NCBI GenBank assembly: GCA_002269645.1
Contig: NIVC01000195.1
Span: forward strand, 544,211-608,210
Length of the DNA: 64,000 nt
Reading direction: 5' to 3'
Source: Macrostomum lignano
Taxonomy: Eukaryota
Shown here: positions 33,600 through 44,300 of the stretch, piece by piece
Layout of the letters: each line of letters begins with the position of its first letter
Position numbering within the stretch: the stretch's first letter is position 1
Position numbers and translations under genes: made by a program
Notes under the pieces: model-generated
Told to the model about the DNA's origin: nothing
Databases searched by the model: none
Seen by the model: only the letters and a program-made list of their open reading frames with translations

Positions 33600-33967
33600 T
33601 GTCTGGGATCTGATCTGTACCAGCAGGGATCTGATGTGCGCTAGCTGGGATCTGATGTGTGCCAGCTGGGATCTGATGTGTGCCAGCTGGGATCTGATGT
33701 GTGCCAGCTGAGATCTGATGTGCACTAGCTGGGATCTGATGTGCGCTAGCTGGGATCTGATGTGTGCCAGCTGGGATCTGATGTGCGCTAGCTGGGATCT
33801 GATGTGTGCCAGCTGGGATCTGATGTGCGCTAGCTGGGATCTGATTTGTGCTAGCTGGGATCCCTGGGATCTGATGTGTGCTAGCTGGGATCAGATTTGT
33901 GCCAGCTGGGATCTTATGTGTGCTAACTGGGAATCCTGGGATCTGATGTGTGCTAGCTGGGATCTGA
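33600..33967. repeat. 21-bp minisatellite GGGATCTGATGTGTGCCAGCT at the 5' end of MPP8-like 1
   Basis: About 17 units; explains the HIRSQLA leader of the 833-aa ORF. Confidence 0.93.
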
Positions 33968-34565
33968 GGATGTTAGGAATATGAAGATGCCATTTGGGAC
34001 TGGAACAAGAACTACGGTTCTAGCCTAATGGCTCAAGGTTTTGCCTTCACTGTTTAAATGAGTAACTATTGGAGCGAGAGTTGCACCTGCAGAGCCAGTG
34101 GGACAGGTCGCTACTAGCAGCAGAAGCATCTATATCCAAGTTTATTGTTGCAAGCCTTTTACAAGTGCGATTGGATAGTAAGCAATGGACCAAAACCATT
34201 AAGACAACATTTGGGACTAACAGTAATCAGAGTAACCAGTAACCAGAAACGCTGCATACCAAATTAGGCAAGCACGCTCGCACAGAGGGCACACAAAAGT
34301 CAAACTGCTTCGAGTAAAACACAAACTAGAAACAGAAAAAGAAAACTGTAAGACTGGCTCGAGTTAAAACGCGCGGGTGAATAAATTTGGGGCTCCAGGG
34401 GGCTCAAATAGCATTAAATGTGAAGGGCCCAGTTGATAATTTTTTCTAAAAAGCCGCAGGTAGAGGCCAATGTTTATTCAAAACGTTCGTGACTTGATGC
34501 GAGATCAATTCCAAAAATCTTCCAGAGTCCGGTGGCGGAGGCCCCCCTTCCGGGCCGCGGGCAGC

Positions 34566-36140
34566 TCAGGCGGCACCGGCGTCGGGTCCGCGCGGCTGGG
34601 TGCAGGCGGCTGGCAGCAGCACCAGGCGGAGCCGGCAGCGGGCCGGACACTCCGGCCGCATGACCAGCTGCACCCGGTTGATCTGGCCGGGAGGCGCGCC
34701 GACTTCGTCAATTCTGTAGACGTAGAGGCAGTCCTTGCTGGGCTCGGGCTCGAGCTCGCGACCGTTCAGCTCCAGGCGGGCGAGCAGCTGGCAGCCGGCC
34801 AGCCGGCGGAGCCGGACGCCGCCGCGGCCGTTGAGCTCCACGAGGCCGGCCAGCAGCAGGCGGGTGTCCGTTTCTGCCAGGCCTTCTGGGCTGACGAATT
34901 CAAAGGCGCACCTGGCGCCGGGCGCCACGCCGAACAGATGCGGCGGCTGGACGCTGACAAAGCTGGACGGCCGGCCGGTGACGCGGCGCAGCGCGCTGAG
35001 CAGCGGCTCGGCCAGGCGGTCCGTCCAGCTGGCCAGCTGGGAGGCGGTCACCCGCCTGAGCAGCTGGTCGAACTCGGCACCGTGGAACAGCAGCACGGCC
35101 GCGACATCCCAGTGGTTGGAGCTGGCGGCCAGCAGCAGGGCGGAGGCGGTCTGGTCTCCGCCGGTGTCCGGCCGCGCGCCGAAATGCAGCAGATGGTGCA
35201 CGGCGGTGGCATCGCCAGCCTGTGCGGCCAGCATCAGCGGGGTGATGCCGCTGGCTTCGGCTGCGTCGGCCTCGGCGCCAGCAGCCAGCAGGGCCAGCAG
35301 GAGGTCGGCGGAGCGCCGGTCCGCCCGGGCGGCTGAGTGCAGCAGGCGGCCGGAGCCGGCAAACTTGCTGTTCAGCGTGGCGGCGCTGGCCAAGCTGGCG
35401 GCGGCGAACAGGGCGGCCGGGTCGCCGGCGGCCAGAAGGCGCTGGAGGTTGCTCAAACTCGGTGCCGACGCCGATTTGGCGGCGAGTTTAGCCGAGGCGG
35501 CGGCAACGGCGTCGCTGCAGCAAAGCTGGCGAAGTGCGCCGGCACTGGAACTGACGGGCGATGGGCGGCTGAGCGCCTGCGCCAAGCTGTCGGACCTCTG
35601 GAAATCCGGCAGGACCGGCTGCTGCTGGCCTTTGCGGGTGGCAACCAGGCCGCTGGGCCCGGGGGCGCGGCTCCTGCCAGGGTCGGTGCGCTGCAGTAGG
35701 CTGGCGCCAGTTATTTCTTTTGTGCTGCTGTGCAGCTTCTCCTTGCGCTTCCTGGCGGTGCACATTTTCTCTATGCGGGCCCGTCGGCTGCCGGGCGGGT
35801 GGCGCGGCTGCTGCTCGTACTCGGGCGTTTTGTCAGCTGAGCTGGCCGAGGTGTGGCGCCGCTTGGCCAGCTGGTCTTCCGTCAGGCTTTGGTGCGAGCG
35901 CTTGCGGGCGAGGGCCGAGGCGGCCTCATCAGCTTTGAGCACCTGGCTGCGCCGGTTGGTCTGCTTGAACTGCTCCAGCAGCTGGCGGTTCTGCGGGCAG
36001 TGGGTGATGATGTCGGCTTCGGTGGCCCAGACGTAGCTGGCCGAGGCGGCGCAGCTTTTGAATTTAGCCTGGTACTCAGTCTGGCCGCGGTGTCCGGCGC
36101 GAGAGCCAATGATTTTTTCCAGAATTCGTGATGACAGCAT
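34566..36140 (-). CDS. MPP8-like protein 2 (divergent tandem paralog): degenerate chromodomain + ankyrin repeats + MPP8-type C-terminal domain
   Basis: ATG 36140 five nt after a strong acceptor (TTTTGCCTTCCAG|, exon starts 36145); ILEKIIGSR...TEYQAKFK...YVWATE chromo-like; ankyrins (LLHSAARAD, TPLMLAAQAG, SALLLAASSN); C-terminal LARLELNGRE...INRVQLVM...LRLVLLPA aligns by eye with paralog 1; AATAAA about 90 nt downstream of stop. Confidence 0.8.
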   Translation of the reverse strand: MLSSRILEKIIGSRAGHRGQTEYQAKFKSCAASASYVWATEADIITHCPQNRQLLEQFKQTNRRSQVLKADEAASALARKRSHQSLTEDQLAKRRHTSASSADKTPEYEQQPRHPPGSRRARIEKMCTARKRKEKLHSSTKEITGASLLQRTDPGRSRAPGPSGLVATRKGQQQPVLPDFQRSDSLAQALSRPSPVSSSAGALRQLCCSDAVAAASAKLAAKSASAPSLSNLQRLLAAGDPAALFAAASLASAATLNSKFAGSGRLLHSAARADRRSADLLLALLAAGAEADAAEASGITPLMLAAQAGDATAVHHLLHFGARPDTGGDQTASALLLAASSNHWDVAAVLLFHGAEFDQLLRRVTASQLASWTDRLAEPLLSALRRVTGRPSSFVSVQPPHLFGVAPGARCAFEFVSPEGLAETDTRLLLAGLVELNGRGGVRLRRLAGCQLLARLELNGRELEPEPSKDCLYVYRIDEVGAPPGQINRVQLVMRPECPARCRLRLVLLPAACTQPRGPDAGAA

Positions 36141-37334
36141 ATTCGCTGGAAGGCAAAAACAATTAAAATGGCGAACTTGATTGAGGCTTCGCTGCTTCAC
36201 AGGTTTGCGTGTCCGTTCTTAGATATGAAATTCGTCCGATCCAGAGTGGAAGGCAGAGCGGCGGGCAGGATGGATGGGGATACTATGCATGACCTGGGGA
36301 AGATGGATGGGCAAAGCCGGGGAACAGAGTGGGAAGCAGAGTTTGCTGCACTTTGGGCTGCTTTATCGATTTTCTCGCCAAGTCTCTGCCCCACTAGCCT
36401 GTGGACACAGAGGGCTCGAGGGGGAGGGGGCAGAGGATGGGGAAGAGAGGCTGGCCTTACGTGCAGTGAGGAGCGGGGCCACTAAACCAGGATGACTGAA
36501 AGCTTCAGTTCCTCTGTAAGCAAGAAAAGCTGCTTCTCTCCAGTTGAATCTTCAAGTTGACGGCAAAGTTTAAAAAGGCAGCGCAATTTCTGCAGAAAAA
36601 GCAAAGTTAACCGCCCTCGCTTATTCGCGTTTTCTCTGTTAGAAAAAAAGCAGGCGCAAGGCTAGCTGAAGCCTGAAGGCACAAGAGAGGCCAAGCACAA
36701 GCTGTAGAGCGGCACGGAATTGGGGCTCCGGGGTTTTGAACGGCAGTGGGCCGGGCGGGAGCCAGCGCGAGCCTTTAAATACCCGCGGCGGTGGGGTGGG
36801 CGTCATGGGGCTGGGGTGACTGGGGTGGTGGGGCTGCACGGTGCAGGGAGGGAGGCGGGGCTCGCCAAACCGCAAACGAGAGGAAAGGGCCAGTGCGGAA
36901 TGGACTTTGACCCTGCAACCATCGCAAGGCTAGCAGTGAGTCCCAGCTAGATTATCACTCACAGCTGGCCATGCTAAGAATGCGATGAATGGAGCGAGCC
37001 CGGCAAACTACCTACACCCAAGGTGGCAAAGCTAGAAATGATGGCAGATAACAAAACTCAGTAAAGCCTCTCCGTTTCTTAATGAAATCGGCTGTGCGGC
37101 CACAATGCAAATCCATTATTTTATTACACAGGTAGGCTGTCAATGCAGTGGGGAATTTGAGAAGCGATGACATTCGTCGGGTCAGTTGAGTATAGTCTCA
37201 GCAACTGTGACCTGGCAAACCAACGAATGCTGTGATAAAAATGAAAAAAATACTGCAAACAGCTCTAAGCAATTGTATTCGCGTTAGTCTAGTGTCGCTC
37301 AATTTTCTAATTAAGATTTTTAATATTTGTTGTC

Positions 37335-37830
37335 TAACTCGATCTCGTACACCTGCCTAACCCTAATCTTGTACCTGCTGACCCTAATCTTGCACACCTG
37401 CCTAACCCTAATCTTGTACACCTGCCTAACCCTAATCTTGTACACCTGTCTAACCCTAATCTTGTACACCTGCTTAACCCTAATCTCGTACACCTGCCTA
37501 ACCCTAATCTTGTAAACCTGCCTAACCCTAATCTTGTACACCTGTCTAACCCTACTCTAGTACACCTGCCTAACCCTAATCTTGTACACCCGCTTAACCC
37601 TAATCTTGTACACCTGCTTAACCCTAATCTTGTACACCTGCTTAACCCTAATCTTGTACACCTGTCTAACCCTACTCTAGTACACCTGCCTAACCCTAAT
37701 CTTGTACACCCGCTTAACCCTAATCTTGTACACCTGCTTAACCCTAATCTTGTACACCTGCTTAACCCTAATCTTGTACATCTGTCTAACCCTACTCTAG
37801 TACACCTGCCTAACCCTAATCTTGTACATC
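37335..37830. repeat. 24-bp minisatellite CCTAACCCTAATCTTGTACACCTG with embedded telomeric CCCTAA
   Basis: About 20 units, each with CTAACCCTAA. Confidence 0.92.
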
Positions 37831-38363
37831 TTGCCTAACTGTAATATCGCATAGCTGCCTAAATCAATATTTACCTATAAAATAGGTACAAACAAAGGTT
37901 AAATAGGTTACATCGAATTACAGGCATACGCTGCTCTAACCAGCAAGAATCCCGCAGAGGTACAAATGAATGCAAAACCAGCAGCACTTGCTGCACCTGA
38001 CCTGCATCGAGCTCGAGTAGCCGGAACCGCAGACACAGCTAATACTACATTGAAAGTACATAAAAGAAGCCGAATTCAATACTACTGCAAGTATTAAATA
38101 GCGACACCTACTGCTGCTTGCCGCAGTAGAGAAAATGACATGAAAAACGGCCTACTGGTTGCTGGGCTCAGGCTCGGGTTTTGACAGACAGATACACACA
38201 GATAAGGTGAAAGTGAGATGAGAGACAGGTGCGCAGAGGCAGACCAGGCTGACCAGTGGAGCCGCGGGCAGGGGCGGCAAGCTCAGACAGCTAGTAGCAG
38301 GCCACATAAAGTCTAAAGTTACTATGCACTCCTATCGTGTCAGAGGTCAGGCGAGGTCAAAGT

Positions 38364-41300
38364 TCAATCCAGTCCAGCGGACCTCGGCATGGCGGCCAGG
38401 CGGGCGGCCAGACAGGCAAAGCTGGGCCGCTGGTCGGGACAGTAGCGCCAGCAGCGCAGCAGCAGCTCGTACACCGGGCCCGGACAGGCGGCCGGACAGG
38501 GCAGGCGGTCGCCCCGCTCCAGCATCTGCACGATCTCCGTACCCTTGAGGTCGTGGTAGGGCCTGGCGCCGTAGCTGAACAGCTCCCAGCAGGTGACGCC
38601 GAAGCTCCAGACGTCCGACTGGCAGCTGAAGCGGAAGTAGTAGATGCACTCAGGGCTGTACCACTTCAGCGGCCAGCGGCCGGCCGCATCGGCACGGTAA
38701 TAGTCGCTGCCGCCGGCCAGCGCGCGGCTCAGGCCGAAGTCCGAAATCTTGACGCTGCACCGGCCGGCCAGCAGGACGTTGCGGGCGGCCAAGTCGCGGT
38801 GGACGAGGCGGCGGGACTCCAGGTAGCGCATGCCCTGAGAGACCTGGTGGGCCAGCTCTGTGAGCTGCTCGACTGGGCACTCGCTGCGGGTTCGCGGTCG
38901 GGGATTCCGGTCAGTAGTGAAGATGAAGTGAAGGGACTGTAGTGAAGATGGAGTGAAGGGACTGTAGTGAAGATGGAGTGAAGGGACTGTAGTGAAGATA
39001 GAGTGAAGGGACTGTAGTGAAGATAGAGTGAAGGGACTGTAGTGAAGATGGAGTGAAGGGACTGTAGTGAAGATGGAGTGAAGGGACTCTAGTGAAGATA
39101 GAGTGAAGGAACTGTAGTGAAGATGGAGTGAAGGGACTGTAGTGAAGATGGAGTGAAGGGACTCTAGTGAAGATGGAGTGAAGATGGAGTGAAGATGGAG
39201 TGAAGGGACTGTAGTGAAGATGGAGTGAAGGGACTCTAGTGAAGATGGAGTGAAGGAACTGTAGTGAAGATGGAGTGAAGGGACTGTAGTGAAGATGGAG
39301 TGAAGGGACTGTAGTGAAGATGGAGTGAAGGGACTGTAGTGAAGATGGAGTGAAGGGACTCTAGTGAAGATGGAGTGAAGATGGAGTGAAGGGACTCTAG
39401 TGAAGATGGAGTGAAGATGGAGTGAAGGGACTCTAGTGAAGATGGAATGGAGGGACTGTAGTGAAGTTGGAATGAAGGGACTCTAGTGAAGATGGAATGA
39501 AGGGACTCTAGTGAAGATGGAATGAAGGGACTCTAGTGAAGATGGAATGGAGACTCTAGTGAAGATGGAATGGAGACTCTAGTGAAGATGGAATGGAGAC
39601 TCTTGTGAAGATGGAAAGGAGACTCTAGTGAAGATGGAAAGGAGACTCTAGTGAAGATGGAAAGGAGACTCTAGTGAAGATGGAAAGGAGACTCTAGTGA
39701 AGATGGAAAGGAGACTCTAGTGAAGATGGAAAGGAGACTCTAGTGAAGATGGAAAGGAGACTCTAGTGAAGATGGAAAGGAGACTCTAGTGAAGATGGAA
39801 AGGAGACTCTAGTGAAGATGGAAAGGAGACTCTAGTGAAGATGGAAAGGAGACTCTAGTGAAGATGGAAAGGAGACTCTAGTGAAGATGGAATGGAGACT
39901 CTAGTGAAGATGGAAAGGAGACTCTAGTGAAGATGGAATGGAGACTCTAGTGAAGATGTCTATAAATTCACCGTAATAAAGATATCTGGCAAAAATGGCA
40001 ACTCTGAAAAAATATTAAGGGTACGCGATGAAACCTGCCAATTGATCTACTCACAGTAGGCTAGTAGTGGGTGCAAGCGTTTTATATTAATTTCAGAAAA
40101 AAAACATTGGCTTCGAACTGCCAGTGACTGCTAGTGAGAGGACCCTACTTCGCTTCAAAATTTTCAATCAGGTATGAACTATACCGTTTGATAACAAACG
40201 CTGACATTTTATTTCTTTCTGAACTTCCGAGCTGCAGCTGCCAGACAAACGGAAGAATTAAGCTGGCACTCACGGGTGCTTCCTGAGGAACTTGTTCACC
40301 GGCCCGAGCGGCGCCAGCTCCAGCACCAGCATCAGGCAGCCGCTGCCGTTCGCCCGGCTCAGGCCCAGCAGGCGGAGCACCCGGGGATGCCGCAGGCCGC
40401 TCATCACCCGCGCCTCGGCCAGCACGTCAGCTTCAGCTGCGGCGCCGGCGCCAGAACGGAGGGTCTTCACTGCCACTCGAACCTCGCGGCCGGTGCGCGG
40501 GTCGCGGTGCAGGGCGGCTCGGACTTCGCCGAAGTTGCCGCCACCGAGGCGCTCGCCAAGCCGCAGACGGTCAGCCGGCAGCTCCGGAGCGGCTCCGAGG
40601 CCGTCAGCGGGCGGCAGATCGGGCGGCTCCTCACTGTCGCTTCCGCTGCCGTACCACCAGTCGGCGATGTCCACGCAGTCGCTGGTGCAGCCACCACTGC
40701 CGCCTCGGTCAGTTTTCTTCGGCCTGTCGCAGCTGCCGCCTTCATCAGCGGTGTCGTCATCAATGCGCACCAGGAGGTCCACGGCGACTGACGCAGCGGC
40801 GGCGGCAGGCACGAAACGGTTGGGGCTGTCGGTCAGCGTCGAATTGATGTCCAGAAGGCGCCGACACCGGCAGCAGGTGCCCGAGGAGGAGCCAGACGAT
40901 GAGGTCGGGTCAGTGATGTCGGAAGAATCTGAGGACAGCTGCCGGCTCTGCGCAGGGGAGACATCGATAAGAGCAATGCAAAGTACGCGGCGTCTTTAAA
41001 ATCTCTGCCTGACTGATTGAAATCCAGGCCAGAGCCCTTTCCCGCTACATATGGTCAGAAAATTCGACTTTGTCCAAAACTCGATTCGAGTCCAGGACTT
41101 CGAGTTTAGTCCAGGAAACGACCTGCATGCTTTCAAAGAGCATACTTGCTATAATGATAGAAATTACGGGTTTCAAAATCCACTTGTGAGAGTCTGAGGA
41201 GATCGCTTGTAAACCTGGCTGGTCCTCCCGGGGCAAAAATCTCAGCTTTAGCATTTCCGCCAGTCTGCCAGCAGCCGGAGACCCGCCGCAGTGCACACGC

Positions 41301-44300
41301 ACTGGTAGCCAGTAAACAGGACAGGCAGAAGGCGGCGAGCCGGCCCAGTCAATTAAAAACAAGCACTGGAACTTTCCCACAGAATCCGGCCCTGAGAAGC
41401 AGCAATATCTGAACGAAAAGTTGCGCGCACTGCCCCGAGCCGTTCTGCATTCCGCTGCACCCCGGGAGATTTAGCGAGATGAGAGGCCAGACCGCGCAGT
41501 TCGATCCAGCGCCAGGAGGGTGGCTGGGGGGGGGGGCAGCGAGAGCCGAACCGGGAAATACAAAACAGAGATCAGAGAAACGCGGGCTAAACTAAGCCAA
41601 TTTCGATTCCCGCAATTCAGCACGCGCAAACAAGCCAGCCAGCTCACCTCTCCCGACAGCCCCGAGTTCGCTCTCCGTGTCACAACAGCCACACACTTAC
41701 TAAGCCGCAGAACCCTCATCTCAGCTGCCCCTACCTCTTGCACCTGACTAATTAGTCGCAGACTCTAATAAGGCCTAATTGACCCACTTTCCCATGCCCG
41801 CTACCTGCGCAGGGGTCAAAGCAGCGGGTGGGAGCGGAGGAATTCGGCCACTGGAATTGAAAAAAGCTGGCGGCGCTCAGAAGCAGCGGAGGCTGCGGGG
41901 CCGGCCATCAAAAAGTCGCGAGCCTCAATCCAGATAGGGATGAGGCAGGCCTTTCGGCAAATCCGCCGCTACTGATCAAGAGATCTAATCCGATTGGGCT
42001 GGGGTGGGCGGCCACTAGAGGCCAATTTGCCAGAACTGACAGCTTATTGCCCAGTGAAAAACTGCAGACGGGTCACCGAAGTCGCCTGCCTCAGCCGGAC
42101 GGACAGCCCGCCATTCTACAGCAGCAGCAGCTACCCGCTGGGAAATGGGATCGAGCCCCGGACACGTAATCAAGACAGGATTAGACTGTCGGATGCGGCC
42201 TCCACTCGCGGTGATTGGCTATAAATTTTGATTCACTCTTCCCAATCCCATCCAGATCGGAGTCTCCCTCTCTCTACTCAATCAGTGTAGCAAATTTGCC
42301 GACTCTTTGGAGATACTGTTCCACTTACACAGAGGCAGACTGCAACTTAATCACCTCTGCAGCTTCCAGCGAGCTCCATCAGGTTCAGGCAGGGGAAGGA
42401 AGGCCAAAGGAATGAGGGGGGGGGGGTCACAATTGAGGCACCAAAAGAAAATGGAAGGCGGAGAGCTGAGGCTGCGGGTAATTGAGAGGCTACCAGCGGG
42501 CGGCCAGCCGCTGACAGCCGGAGGGGCAAGTCTCTCAGAGCTGCCAGAGCTGCTGAAGGCAAATGCGCCCGCAGAAGAAAGCAGGCGGGCATTGTGTGCG
42601 TCCGTCGAGCACCGCCAGTCATGACAAGCAAAGACAGGCTAACAGAGAAGAGTTCACATGCGATCGCCTTGGCCACATGAAAGAGAGTCCGCCAGGAAGC
42701 GCACAGGGCAGGAAGCAGACCCTTGTGCCGCTGCCATTAATCAGGCCAGGGCGCCGATCCGCCACTCAGATACGGGGGGGGGGGTCGCACAGACCGGACT
42801 GTGGATTCTGCGATATCGAAAGTACTCAAAACTCATCAATGCCTCATTGTGCGCGCCAAAGCAAAAGTGCAAGTGCAAGGCCTGCTTCTACTGACTCTTG
42901 AAGAAGACCATAAAGTTTAAGAGCCAGTCGGAATCGGATTGGATAATGCAAACTGGATGTGGCAAATCAAATCTGCGAGTCACCTGGCCAGCAGCGGGCT
43001 AATTTAGCAGCCAGCGGCCCCGCATGCTCTCAGTAATCCCGCAGTCCTGCCTATAGCAGCTCTTGAACACCCACGGCGGACAGGAAGGACAGTCGGCATT
43101 ATTGAGTTAGGCTGTCGGGGCGGCCGGCCGATTTTCCAACTGGCCAGCAGCTCAAGTGAGTAGCCGGGCCAGGCTAAAAAGACTCTGGCGAGATCCCCGC
43201 AGCGGATCAATCAGGCGGGATGGGATCGGGACGGGAGGGGCTACTCGGCAACAAGATTTGCGAGCCCCGAAAGATGGAGAATCCGAGCCTAATGCGCCAA
43301 GTCCCCGCGGGCCGAGCAGAAGGCTGTGGCATCATAGGTACTCGCAGGAGGCGGAATGGCGCCTCGGCCAGCCCAGTTAGGGGAGAGCTGAAGACGGAGC
43401 CGATGCGGCATCATTGCATTCCGGGCAGTGCTGGCGGGCCGCTAATAGTCGCCATTAGCTAGGTGGCTGGGATGAAGGAAGACAGCTGAGACTGGGAGAC
43501 ACCCTGACTGCTGAGTGCAGGGCCAGGGAGACACCCTGACTGCTGAGTGCAGGGCCAGGGAGACACCCTGACTGCTGAGTGCAGGGCCAGGGAGACACCC
43601 TGACTGCTGATTGCAGGGCCAGGGAGACACCCTGACTGCTGAGTGCAGAGCAAATTAAACACAAGCAAAAAGCAAGCAAAAAGCAAGCCGCTCGAAGCGA
43701 AACCGCACGGAAAAAATCTGACACTCTAAAAAGGAGCCAGAACTGGAGTGGCTGCAATCAGGCCTGACAATAACCTGCAGAACTTGCAGCCTCCAGTTTG
43801 ATGCAAGCGCCTTGATGCACAGGAATTTTGGCGCGATTCAATCCGAACTGGAATGGCGGACGGTTTACACCAAAGCGGCGGCCAGAGGCAGTAAACACAG
43901 CATTTAAAAGCACCCCAGGGCCTGACATTGCCCATCAACTGTCGTTAAGCATTCGCTTTACTCGCGCAAGAAGACCGCACCGGTTCCAATTGTAATTCTT
44001 TTCTTCGCTTTGCTGACGGCCATCTGGGCCGGTCAGGCGCAGCGGCGGCAATGCCCGGATGCCTGAGCCAGCTGGGAGGGAATTTCAGGACAAAAGGCCA
44101 TTGTGAGCGGCAGCCAGTCTTTCACGCCGCTGCCCCCCACCCCCCAATGCGATGAGGCAGGCAGAGAGGGGAGGCAGGCCAGGCCGGACCTGTCAGGCGC
44201 CGCTGAGAAGCTGAGAAATCAATTATCGGAATTCAATGCCACCCCGACTCCGGGCCGGCCGGCAACTTCATCGCCCAGCCTCTCCGACCAACAAGAGCAC

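Noticed and set aside
33513-33725. N-terminal HIRSQLA repeats of the 833-aa ORF
   Set aside because: Derived from a 21-bp minisatellite with a GTG pseudo-start and includes a probable 74-nt intron (33586-33513); the true start exon was not identified.
31356-36036. Long plus-strand ORFs 31356-32408, 32902-33516, 34470-35336, 34735-36036
   Set aside because: Antisense shadows of GC-rich MPP8-like coding exons.
37335-37830. True telomere or telomere fusion
   Set aside because: Hexamers are embedded in a 24-bp unit, not a pure (TTAGGG)n tract, and genes lie on both sides.
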